NCBI GenBank assembly: GCA_011192075.1
Contig: DUER01000144.1
Coordinates: 1 to 55,836, forward strand
Direction of reading: 5' to 3'
DNA: 55,836 bases
Source: Dehalococcoidia bacterium
GTDB taxonomy: Bacteria; Chloroflexota; Dehalococcoidia; Dehalococcoidales; S120
The notes under the pieces were generated by a model. It was not told the DNA's origin, did not search any database, and saw only the letters and a list, made by a program, of their open reading frames with translations. Positions 20,581 to 29,680 of this stretch are shown one piece after another (the stretch's first letter is position 1; each line of letters opens with the position of its first letter). The position numbers and the translations under genes were made by a program.

Positions 20581-22182
20581 ATGGGCTGGGATGAAGTCAG
20601 AAAAGCTAGACAGCAGCTTGCCCGAGAGCAGGGCACTATCTTCAAAGATTGGGGCGGTAGAATCCCTATCGCCCTTATCTACCCAAACTCCTACTACTTA
20701 GGTATGTCCAACCTTGGAGTTCACGCTATCTATAGCCTGTTAAATAACTACAGTGAAATCGTTTGTGAAAGAGCCTTCTGGGAGAGAGACAATAGGGATA
20801 AAAAATTGCCCACCTTATCCCTCGAATCCCATCGACCGCTTTCCGATTTCACCATCCTTGCCTTTTCTATCAGCTATGAGCTTGACTACTTTAATGTAGT
20901 TCAAATCCTTAAAGCCAGTGGCATACCCTTATATGTTGCTGACCGTGATGAGAGGCATCCTATAGTTATTGCCGGCGGTCCCTGCATCATAGCTAATCCT
21001 TCACCCTTATCTCCGTTCTTTGACTGCCTGTGTATTGGTGAGGCAGAGGCAATACTCCCCGCCATGCTTCCCATATTACACGAGGGCATTAGCGGCAAGC
21101 GTGACGACCTGCTTAAAGCATTAGCTTCCCTCCCCGGTGTTTATGTGCCTTTAATGCACCGTGAAAGTCCTGTGGTTCGCCAATGGGCAAGCCGCCTGGA
21201 TGACTTTCCCATCGCCTCTACCATACTCACCCCGGATACCGAGCTAGGTAACTTATACCTTATTGAGGTGGAGCGGGGCTGCAATTGGGGTTGTCGCTTT
21301 TGCCTCACCAGCCAAGCCTTTCGCCCCATGCGCTTTCGCTCTATAGATAAGCTAATCGCCCAGGCCAAGCTGGGACTTAAACATACCAAGCGTCTGGGAT
21401 TAGTCGGTGCTGCCATCCCAGACCACCCCCAGGTAGAGGAGCTAGTGACTGGGCTGCATCAAATGGGAGCTGAACTCTCCATCAGCTCACTACGAGTAAG
21501 ACCCCTCTCCCGCATAGTATTGAGAGAAATGGCTAAAAGCGGAGCTCGAACTATTGCTCTTGCCCCTGAGGCTGGCTCCCAGCCCCTGCGTCAGGTTATA
21601 AAAAAGGGTATCTCCGAGGACGACATCCTGGAGGCAATGGACAAAGTCGCCGAGCAGAAGCTAAAACAGCTTAAGCTCTACTTTATGATTGGTTTACCTT
21701 CAGAGACTGATGAAGATATAGAGGAAATCATAAACTTGACCCTTACCTGCAAGAATTCCCTTGACAGGCAGCGAAGCGGTTGCCACATTAGCCTCAATGT
21801 TGCTCCCTTTGTACCCAAGGCAGGCACACCTTTCCAGTGGCTACCCATGGCGCCCATGCTTACCTTAAATCGCCGCTTGTCCCTACTCAAAAGCGGCTTG
21901 CCACCGAAAGGGATTAAGCTCAAATGGGAAAGTCCAGCCTGGAGTCAGGTTCAAGGGATTTTGGCCCGAGGCGATATTAAATTAGCTGAGGTGCTGGCCA
22001 ATACTGAAGAGGCATCGCTATCAGGCTGGCGCCAAGCCGTAGCCAAATGCCATTTAGATATTGACTTTTATGCTCACCAGAGGTGGGATACTAATCAGAA
22101 ATTACCCTGGGCAATGCTGGAATCAGGTACCGAACCCGCTCACCTTGAAACTGAGCTGAGAAGAGCCTTGCCTCAGACCTGA
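20581..22182 (+). CDS. Radical SAM protein with N-terminal B12-binding-like domain (uncharacterised family)
   Basis: 533 aa with the CxxxCxxC cluster motif EVERGCNWGCRFC. The N-terminus IALIYPNSYYLGMSNLGVHAIYSLLN resembles the widespread uncharacterised radical SAM family that is often fused or linked to DUF2344. That family call is from memory. Confidence 0.8.
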   Translation: MGWDEVRKARQQLAREQGTIFKDWGGRIPIALIYPNSYYLGMSNLGVHAIYSLLNNYSEIVCERAFWERDNRDKKLPTLSLESHRPLSDFTILAFSISYELDYFNVVQILKASGIPLYVADRDERHPIVIAGGPCIIANPSPLSPFFDCLCIGEAEAILPAMLPILHEGISGKRDDLLKALASLPGVYVPLMHRESPVVRQWASRLDDFPIASTILTPDTELGNLYLIEVERGCNWGCRFCLTSQAFRPMRFRSIDKLIAQAKLGLKHTKRLGLVGAAIPDHPQVEELVTGLHQMGAELSISSLRVRPLSRIVLREMAKSGARTIALAPEAGSQPLRQVIKKGISEDDILEAMDKVAEQKLKQLKLYFMIGLPSETDEDIEEIINLTLTCKNSLDRQRSGCHISLNVAPFVPKAGTPFQWLPMAPMLTLNRRLSLLKSGLPPKGIKLKWESPAWSQVQGILARGDIKLAEVLANTEEASLSGWRQAVAKCHLDIDFYAHQRWDTNQKLPWAMLESGTEPAHLETELRRALPQT

Positions 22183-22340
22183 GGGGGCTATAAACCTTAG
22201 ACAAATTAAGGCAAGATAAAGGATTCCCCTACATTCGCTTAACTGCTAAGTCCAGGGTCTACCCGATAGATAACGAATTCGTTTTTTGAACTATTGACAA
22301 AGCTCCAAGGTAGGGCTACATTAAAGTTCCAGCATGTGAG

Positions 22341-22374
22341 CTTCCCTAAGACAATAAGAATTGTCTTAGGGAAG
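22341..22374 (+). promoter_or_regulatory. Perfect 15-bp-stem hairpin/palindrome abutting the RBS of the decayed FAD gene
   Basis: CTTCCCTAAGACAAT-aaga-ATTGTCTTAGGGAAG, immediately followed by GAAGGAGG and ATG 22387. A possible promoter lies upstream: TTGACA 22294-22299, 17 nt, TACATT 22317-22322. Confidence 0.5.
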
Positions 22375-22386
22375 AAGGAGGTAACT

Positions 22387-23726
22387 ATGGCTAAAAGATA
22401 TGATATGATCGTGGTTGGTGCTGGTCCAGCCGGTTTTCTGGCAGCCAAGGCAGCCGGAGGAAATAGGCTCGACGTAGCCCTCCTGGAAAGGAAACCTGAC
22501 CCTACACAACTCACCAGAGCCTGTGGTCAAAGTCTAATTTCTATGAACGAATATTTTTTTAAGGATATAGTGGGATACAACGCTAGGGATAAATGGCTCT
22601 TTTTCCCCGTTTATGGTTTTTCCTTCAAATATGATGGCCCCTACCAGAATATATACAGTCGGCAGACGTATACTGCTAATGGTCACAAAGTACAAGCTGG
22701 TGACGGCAAAGAACAAAGAAAAAACGGAGACCATGGGAGGATAGGTCTTACCTTCGATAAGGAAATACTATTCCAGTGTCTGCTAGAAGAAGTGAAGGCG
22801 TGCTGTGTTGATGTCTTTTCCGGAATAAATGTGTAGAACGTAACCGCTACGGCTGATGGGGTAAGGGTTGAGGGAAGCGGACAGAGCTTTGACGGCAGCT
22901 ATGTCATTGCTGCCGATGGAGCCAACTCACAGGTAGCTGAGGTGACAGGGTATAATAAAGACCGCACCTATTACTTCAACCTTTACGGCCTGTCGTGGTA
23001 TATGCCCGGTGTAGAGCTTCCGGAGCCCAACACAGCCATATCTAGTTATGGTCTCCCGCAGGGAATTGCTACCATGCTCTTCCTAGTACCTTGAGCCAGT
23101 GAGGGGGAATGCAACTTCATAGTAGTAGCCAATGACCCCAGACTAGACATTGAAGCAGTCGCTGATTACTTTATGAAGCGGGAATCCTGTGCCTCGTGGT
23201 TTAAGAACGCCAAAATAATGAGAAAATTGTCTGCGGTGAATAATATCTATTCTCCCATCATCAAAGCCCATAGAGACCGTGTTTTAGTCGCCGGAGATGT
23301 GGGTGCAACTATGGAACTGGAAATAACGGGAGCCATGATCAGCGGTTGGAAGGCAGGGCAAGCCATCACCACTGCTGTCCAGGAGGGAAACCTGGGATTA
23401 GAAGTCACGGCTCTATCCCCCAGTATGCTAACTGGTGGAAGGAGACCTATATCAACTATTACAATGCTGAAGCTTTCGCTAAAATGCTTGCCCTTCCCTA
23501 TGCCTTAGCCACGGAAGAGGCGATAGACTACGTTTTTGGCCTTATCAGGGAAACCTTGTGTCCTTGTTATAACCCCTTTACAACGCCAATAAGAGAAGCC
23601 TTGACAAAGATGGTCCCTATCATCCAGCAGGATAAGCCTGAAGTGTTCCAAAAACTACAAACAGCGGGGTTACCAACTAATCAACTTTTTGCTGAACTAA
23701 TCAAGCTCAGTAAACCGGTATTATAG
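22387..23726 (+). pseudogene. FAD-dependent oxidoreductase (geranylgeranyl-reductase-like), decayed paralog of 53946-55283
   Basis: Collinear with the intact 445-aa paralog; the first ~160 nt look roughly 80% identical by eye. It carries in-frame TAG 22834-22836 and TGA 23092-23094, and a frameshift near 23420-23440. The total length of 1340 nt is not a multiple of 3. Confidence 0.8.
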
Positions 23727-24790
23727 CCTATCTTTACTGGGAAGCCGATGGTGTTGAGGGAGCTTCAAGCAAAGAAATATGGAATTCCAAAAGACTCAAG
23801 GAGGGTACGACTACCATAGGTATGAAGTATAGCCAACTTTGGCAAGGCGGTGGGAAGGCAGCCTGGATATTTCCCTCGACTATGGTTGTTACGTAGAGTG
23901 CCAGAATAGGCATATTCAGATATAATAGCACCCCTTCTAAAACTGAATTAAAAATTCACTACCACTTCACCAATACAAGATAACCCCATCCCTAAACCCC
24001 GTCTCACTTCCCTTTCTGAAGTCGCAACTACATTCCGCGCCGACATGGGTTCATCACGAATCAGCCTCTCTGCTCCTAGTGTGGTCTAGACTAGTACTGA
24101 ATTACTACTGTTTACACCCCCATTTGGGCTATTCACCTGGCAAGTAAAATAAGTTTAAAATTACTACAGCACTTTTATGGTATTCAAGGTAGGTTATAGG
24201 CACTTATTACCAGTTAAGCCAAATCGGGTAACGAGGTTAGTGAAGATAGTTACTCGCATTAAGGAAATCCTGTTTCGGTTCAGATAGTTGACCATATCCC
24301 CCACCAGTGCTATGCCTACTTGTGGGTGAGGGGAGGCTCACTCGGCCACTAGATAGTTGTGCTTCAGCTGCCGTAGCTCCCTCACTACCAGATCGATTAA
24401 ATAGAAGAAGACACAGACCAGAAAGAGGTAGGCATGGCTGAACGTGGGGTTTCTTCATATAGAGCCACCAAATACCAAGGATCAGCTAGGAAAAGAGAGT
24501 TTAATTTTAAATAGTTCAACCCAACACCAATAATTTTAGCTATAAATATTCGCATTATTATGCTTAGTTCCCCAATATAAGCAGCTTGGTTTTCAGATGG
24601 TAGGGAATGAAGGATAGTAATAAGACAAGAGAGCAACTCATGGATGAATTGGTAGAAATGCACAAACGGGTTGCTGAGTTCGAGACATTAGAAAGCGAAC
24701 GCAACCGGGTAGTGAAAACACTAAACATCAAGATTTGGATTGATGGTGAGAATAAAAGAATCGAGGGGACTATTCCAATAACTACGGGTG

Positions 24791-25246
24791 TTATTGCAAC
24801 AACTCAGTTACTACCGCATTTATCTCTCGCCCATCCGCTCTGCCCTTAAGCTGGGAGATAAGCTTGGGCATAACCTTCACTTTGTCGCCAGGTCCTTGTG
24901 CTCCCACCTCCTCAATAACTCGGCGAGCTTCAGCTATAATCTCCTCCCGAGACATCTGTTGAGGTAAATACTCCTGAAGCACAGTTAGCTCAGCCTCTTC
25001 CTGAGCCACTAAATCCTGACGGTTTCCTTGCTTAAAAGCTTCGACACTCTCACGACGCTGTCTAGCCTCTTTAGCGATAATGCCCAGAATGTCATCATCA
25101 TACAAAGTAGTTTGCCGAGCAATTTCAGTATTTTTAATGGCAGCCATCACCAATCGGATAACCGAAAGCTTCACCTTATCCCTATCTCTCATCGCCTGCT
25201 TGAGGTCGCTGGTTAGCTTTTGTTTTAAAGCAGATTCTGCTGCCAC
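24791..25246 (-). CDS. yqeY: GatB/YqeY domain protein
   Basis: 151 aa. LKQKLTSDLKQAMRDRDKVKLSVIRLVMAAIKN is typical of YqeY. It lies directly downstream of rpsU, as in Firmicutes. Confidence 0.85.
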   Translation of the reverse strand: MAAESALKQKLTSDLKQAMRDRDKVKLSVIRLVMAAIKNTEIARQTTLYDDDILGIIAKEARQRRESVEAFKQGNRQDLVAQEEAELTVLQEYLPQQMSREEIIAEARRVIEEVGAQGPGDKVKVMPKLISQLKGRADGREINAVVTELLQ

Positions 25247-25278
25247 CTTCAGCCCCCAACAGAAATTCTATAGTCGCC

Positions 25279-25452
25279 TTAAGGACTCTTGCGCCGCTTA
25301 ACCGGTTCCTTACGCTTACGCTTAACACTAGGCTTCTCATAGTGGTCTCTACGCCACATCTCACCTAGAATATTATCTTGCTGTACCCTTTTAGTAAACC
25401 GCCTAATTAAACTCTCAAAATTCTCATTCTGCCCAGCCACTACCTCAGTCAC
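25279..25452 (-). CDS. rpsU: 30S ribosomal protein S21
   Basis: 57-aa ORF absent from the supplied track: VTEVVAGQNENFESLIRRFTKRVQQDNILGEMWRRDHYEKPSVKRKRKEPVKRRKSP. It has a GTG start preceded by AAGGGGAG. Confidence 0.9.
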   Translation of the reverse strand: MTEVVAGQNENFESLIRRFTKRVQQDNILGEMWRRDHYEKPSVKRKRKEPVKRRKSP

Positions 25453-25495
25453 ATAGCATCACTCCCCTTATTATCACCTACTCATAATAACCAAG

Positions 25496-26140
25496 TTAAC
25501 ACCCTCTGTCAACTAAAGGCAACCAGATGCCACCCTCCTCAGCTTCACCAATTAGCTGTATTTTGCCCTGCCAGTGCAAAAAAGCAGTATAAGCAGCTAT
25601 AGCCGCATCACAGAGATGGTGGTTAAACCCATCTATATAAGCAGAAATATTAGGCAACAGACCACTAATACACCGTTTCAAAAATGCTAGACCAGCCGTT
25701 CTTGACTTAGCCGGAATAAACTTACCAAACAGGCAAACCTTGCTGGCATAAGGATAAACCTCGATTACTTCATAACCCATAGCTTCAAGCCCAGCCTTAA
25801 GTCTAATACCACGGTAAACCATGGCTTTAATAATGGACTTTGTGGTAGTGAAATAGCACGGGATGCCCAGCCTAGCTAGCTCCCGCTCACAACTCCTGCC
25901 CTTAACCTCAACTTTTGGCTGACAAGAACAGCTCTCCTCTAGGCAGTGTAACCCTTCAGGCAGGCTAAGCAGAGTATCAATAGCCAACAGCTCGAAACTG
26001 CACCTACTCACCACTCTTAAAATATCTGAATCCTGACGAGGAAAAGTAGAATATATGAGGTTAAGCTCCCTATCCAGCCCAACACAGGCACTTGGTTTAG
26101 CCTCAACCGAGGTAAGGTCAATACCTAAAAAACCAGCCAC
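25496..26140 (-). CDS. Hypothetical protein, possibly DUF429-like RNase H-fold (tentative)
   Basis: The N-terminus FLGIDLTS..ACVGLD and Cys-rich middle fit my recollection of DUF429-type proteins. GTG 26140 leaves a 4-nt gap to the upstream gene, whereas the track start at 26185 would overlap it by 41 nt. Confidence 0.45.
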   Translation of the reverse strand: MAGFLGIDLTSVEAKPSACVGLDRELNLIYSTFPRQDSDILRVVSRCSFELLAIDTLLSLPEGLHCLEESCSCQPKVEVKGRSCERELARLGIPCYFTTTKSIIKAMVYRGIRLKAGLEAMGYEVIEVYPYASKVCLFGKFIPAKSRTAGLAFLKRCISGLLPNISAYIDGFNHHLCDAAIAAYTAFLHWQGKIQLIGEAEEGGIWLPLVDRGC

Positions 26141-26144
26141 AATC

Positions 26145-27548
26145 TTACTTCGGATTCCCAGTCCGGCTTCTCCGTAATATCTCACGAGCGGCCACCGCGC
26201 CAGAAGCTGATGCCTGGATTAAACCACGACTAACGCCAGCTCCATCACCTACAGCAAACATGTTACTAATCTCAGTCTCCAGGCTAGGGCTAAGTTGAGG
26301 TCGATAAGAATAGAATTTAATCTCAAGCCCATAAAGTAAGGTATAGCGCGAGGCAACACCCGGAACTAGCTTATCCATTGCTTGAAGCATTTCCATGAGT
26401 CCACTAAGGTGACGATAGGGAAGGACAAAGCTAAGGTCACCAGGAGTAGCGCTCTTCAAGGTCGGCTGAATTAAGCCTCGCTCGATGCGGGCCGGGGTAG
26501 AACGACGACCTTCCATGAGGTCACCTAGGCGCTGCACCAGCACCCCGCCACTAAGAATATTAGCCAGTCTAGCCAGATACCGACCATAGGCAATAGGCTC
26601 CCTAAATGGTTTAGTAAAGGTTGTGCTCACCAATAGAGCAAAATTAGTATTGTTACTCATTCGGTTAGCATAGCTATGCCCATTAACCGTGATTACCGGA
26701 TCATAACCCCCAGTAGACTCCATAATGACTTCACCGCCAGGACACATACAGAATGTTCTAATTCGGTCGTCAAAGCTCTTTGACAGGAACTCCAGCTTTG
26801 CCTCATATAGGGCAGTGGTCAGCCCCTCCATTACTGCCACCGGCACCTCCACCCTAACCCCAACATCAATAGGGTTAATATGCATGGTTAGCTTTAGTCG
26901 GTTAGCCTCTCTAGATAACCAATCCGTCCCCTCCCTACCTGGAGCTAGAATCAGATAACGACAGTCAAACCTATCCCCAGCCTCAGTTTCAATCCCCCTA
27001 ACCTGACCATTATCAGTAACTATAGAGGAAGCCATTACCTCAAGCCTAAATTCCAAGCGTGAAATAAAGTAATCTTGCATAGCCTTAAGTACCGAAGCAC
27101 AACACTCCGTACCCAGATGACGAACTGGCATTGGTATCAGTCGCAATCCTGCCAAGCAAGCCTTGTCACGCCACTCGTCAACCTTATCCCCAATCCCATA
27201 GAGCTTGTCCGAAGCGCCAAACTCGACGTAGATATCATCAACATACTTAATCAGGGTCTCAGTAACACCCTTCCCCAGGTAATCTCTGAGTCGACCGCCT
27301 ACCTCATAGGTTAGTGTTAACTTACCATCACTAAAAGCGCCAGCTCCACCTAAACCACAAACCAGATGGCAAGGTGAGCAGGAAATGCAAGCGCTACCCG
27401 AGTCACGAGCCGGGCACACCCGTCCATCAATGTCCCTGCCCTTCTCTAGGAGCAGAACGTCTAAGTTAGCTCCCCGTGACAACTCTAAAGCGGCAAAGAT
27501 ACCCGCTGGTCCACCACCGACAATGATAACATCGTATTTTTTAATCAT
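26145..27548 (-). CDS. FAD-dependent protein (uncharacterised NAD(FAD)-utilising dehydrogenase type, COG2509-like)
   Basis: 467 aa with the dinucleotide fold YDVIIVGGGPAGIFAALEL, a Cys cluster CPARDSGSACISCSPC, and C-terminal GDGAG. Confidence 0.75.
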   Translation of the reverse strand: MIKKYDVIIVGGGPAGIFAALELSRGANLDVLLLEKGRDIDGRVCPARDSGSACISCSPCHLVCGLGGAGAFSDGKLTLTYEVGGRLRDYLGKGVTETLIKYVDDIYVEFGASDKLYGIGDKVDEWRDKACLAGLRLIPMPVRHLGTECCASVLKAMQDYFISRLEFRLEVMASSIVTDNGQVRGIETEAGDRFDCRYLILAPGREGTDWLSREANRLKLTMHINPIDVGVRVEVPVAVMEGLTTALYEAKLEFLSKSFDDRIRTFCMCPGGEVIMESTGGYDPVITVNGHSYANRMSNNTNFALLVSTTFTKPFREPIAYGRYLARLANILSGGVLVQRLGDLMEGRRSTPARIERGLIQPTLKSATPGDLSFVLPYRHLSGLMEMLQAMDKLVPGVASRYTLLYGLEIKFYSYRPQLSPSLETEISNMFAVGDGAGVSRGLIQASASGAVAAREILRRSRTGNPK

Positions 27549-27741
27549 TACAATTCAGCCTTGCTATTGTATACTCCCTCGCTCTAGCCGTCAAGGAATA
27601 ATGTGTTCACTAACCCCTATCCCCTTCTTAATAAGGCAATGCTTAAGAGGAGCGTCAGCACCCCCTCTTTTTTTTAATTTTTCCCCTCCCCTATGAAGGG
27701 GGTAATATGGGGGTGAGTCGTTAAAAAGTCCAAAATATTCC

Positions 27742-27770
27742 TTGACATTTGCCAGTTGGCAAATTATAAT
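27742..27770 (+). promoter_or_regulatory. Consensus sigma70-type promoter with palindromic operator in the spacer
   Basis: TTGACA (27742-27747), 17 nt, TATAAT (27765-27770). The spacer is TTTGCCA-GT-TGGCAAA, a perfect 7+7 inverted repeat. The ATG of the HTH gene begins 7 nt after the -10 element. Confidence 0.6.
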
Positions 27771-27776
27771 AAAATT

Positions 27777-28160
27777 ATGGTTGATAGTAGTAACGATTTT
27801 GGCAGAATAATCAAGCAGCAGAGAATTACCTTGCAGCTGACACTCCAACAACTGGCTGATGTGTCAGGAGTATCCCCATCACACCTAGGTCGGATTGAGC
27901 GAGGAGAGCGTTTCCCCTCAGCCCATATCCTGCGAAAAATAGCCCAACCTTTAAACTTTGGTGAGGACGAGCTATTTACTTTAGCTGGCTACCTGTCCTC
28001 CGAGCCGCTAAAAGTAACGGAGAAAGACCCAACCTACAGTAGTGGGCGATTAGACCCCTATGTGGCTGCGGTGCTGTCACAGGAGCCAGTTGAAATTCAG
28101 CGAACTGTTATCGGGATCCTTACCCTGTTGAAAAATATTGGCAGGAGCATGAGCGAATAA
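27777..28160 (+). CDS. XRE-family HTH transcriptional regulator (probably leaderless mRNA)
   Basis: 127 aa with LTLQQLADVSGVSPSHLGRIERGERFPS. The track start TTG 27756 lies inside the promoter spacer, so ATG 27777 is used. Confidence 0.8.
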   Translation: MVDSSNDFGRIIKQQRITLQLTLQQLADVSGVSPSHLGRIERGERFPSAHILRKIAQPLNFGEDELFTLAGYLSSEPLKVTEKDPTYSSGRLDPYVAAVLSQEPVEIQRTVIGILTLLKNIGRSMSE

Positions 28161-28855
28161 TAAGCCGCTAACTGGCAGTCTGGTGCTTATTTATGTAGTT
28201 AGCAAAAGTGGGACAATTCTTCACCTGACTCCATAGCCTCTCTCTTAATACCGACCTTACGATGCCATCGTAGCACATATGTTCTAACCTATCTAAACTA
28301 TTTTGTCACCAAAGACCGAAAAATAGCCGGGTATCCAAGTAACTATCTTTATGTTAATGATGGCACAGAATATTGACAAAAGTGGTATTTATTGTTAGTA
28401 TTGTTTTGATAATGCAATATCTATTGAAAAGGATGGATTAAATCTTAACCCTCAGCATAGCAATCTAATCATCAATGCCCTCAACGCCAGAAGCCAACTC
28501 AAAGTCGAGTTGATATGCCTCGTCAAGGACCTTGGAGCAGAAGCCCTGCTTCCTAGCGTTCCGGTTGCTCTTTGGAGCGCCTCTTTTTCTGTCCGCTTTT
28601 GTTGGCATCTGGTTTCTCTCCATTGTTCAGCAGCCTGGCAGTGACAAAGACAATAGTATGGGCGGTCAGGTCCCATCACTGGCTTTCTATAGCTAGTCTT
28701 AGTAGCTTCATAGCTTTCCCTCTGATACAAGTGCTAAAATATGGTAGCACACATGTTCTATTATGGCAATAAGATTTTGTCACGATCTAAACGTAAATTG
28801 ATATTGTGGCCTAGCTATTGTAAAATAGCCTAGAACCGATATTCATGGGGGATGA

Positions 28856-29551
28856 ATGAGTGTTGCCAAGCAACTTCACCAGCTGCAAGAGATTGACCTA
28901 GAGCTTGAAACCAATGAGCAGGCTCTGAGACAAATTGCCAGCCAGCTAGGAGAAAGCCAAGCGGTGGTCAGGGCTCGAACTAAACTCGCATCAGAGAACC
29001 AGCGCCTAGAGGAATTAAAACGACAGCAGCATTCCTTAGAATGGGAGATAGATGACCTGGTGAATAAACTTGCCCCTGCCCAAGAGAGGCTATATGGGGG
29101 CAGTATAAGAAATCCTAAAGAGCTAACTAACCTCCAGCATGAGGTTGACGGGCTTAAATCCAAGCGTGAGCAATTGGAGGATAAGGCACTTGAGGTAATG
29201 GAACAGGTCGAGTTGATAGAGGCTGGCGTAGCTACCATAAGTAAAGACTCCAAAAGACTGGAGGCTGAGTGGCAAAGCCAGCAACAGCAGCTATCTAATA
29301 ACATGAAGGAGCTCAAAACCACGCTGTCTAACCTGAAGCACAAACGGCAATCACTGTCAACTGGTATCGACCCTGAAGCAATCGAATTCTATGACAAACT
29401 CAAGAAACAGAAAGGTACCGCCGTGGCTAAGGTTGAGCAAGGGATATGCCATGGTTGCCGGATATCTTTATCCGCCGCTGAGCTGCAGCAGGCAAGAAGC
29501 ACTAACTCGGTGCAGTGTAGTAACTGTGGGCGTATCCTGTTCCTGGCTTAG
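28856..29551 (+). CDS. Coiled-coil protein with C-terminal C4 zinc ribbon (COG1579/DUF164-like)
   Basis: 231 aa with a long heptad-rich region followed by CHGCRISL..CSNCGRILF. Confidence 0.8.
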   Translation: MSVAKQLHQLQEIDLELETNEQALRQIASQLGESQAVVRARTKLASENQRLEELKRQQHSLEWEIDDLVNKLAPAQERLYGGSIRNPKELTNLQHEVDGLKSKREQLEDKALEVMEQVELIEAGVATISKDSKRLEAEWQSQQQQLSNNMKELKTTLSNLKHKRQSLSTGIDPEAIEFYDKLKKQKGTAVAKVEQGICHGCRISLSAAELQQARSTNSVQCSNCGRILFLA

Positions 29552-29610
29552 GGATATGCTACCTCCCCAGTAACGAGAGTCAAAGAGGAGCGAGGTTAGT
29601 AAACAATCAC

Positions 29611-29639
29611 TTGAGTTCATCACTTTTATGAATTATACT
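29611..29639 (+). promoter_or_regulatory. Putative promoter of the sufC-sufB-nurA unit
   Basis: TTGAGT (29611-29616), 17 nt, TATACT (29634-29639), about 40 nt upstream of the sufC GTG. Confidence 0.45.
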
Positions 29640-29680
29640 CATATTTGAGCTGGCATAGATATATCGGGGGGAGGGCAAGA

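Noticed and set aside
23734-23931. Small hydrophobic convergent ORFs just downstream of each FAD paralog (23734-23931 and 55133-55408), considered as a possible conserved membrane partner
   Set aside because: The two do not align convincingly. The second needs a GTG far upstream and overlaps the FAD gene's 3' end, and the alternative frame has no start codon.
25182-25364. 60-aa minus-strand ORF in the track
   Set aside because: It overlaps, out of frame, the clear S21 gene (25279-25452) and the yqeY 5' end. It has no motif support.
28271-28286. Reading the TAGCACATATGTTCTA repeats as LexA (GAAC-N4-GTTC, Cheo-type) SOS boxes
   Set aside because: Both copies have GCAC instead of GAAC in the left half-site and share the same asymmetry, which points to duplication rather than a selected palindrome. 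No SOS-type gene lies downstream.
28876-29343. Long antisense ORFs inside well-supported genes (also 71-352, 5867-6217, 12129-12536, 14433-14882, 34656-35105, 41412-41918 and others)
   Set aside because: Each is embedded antisense in a gene with strong motif support. None has an SD or recognisable motifs. Such frames are typical of biased codon usage and coiled-coil repeats.
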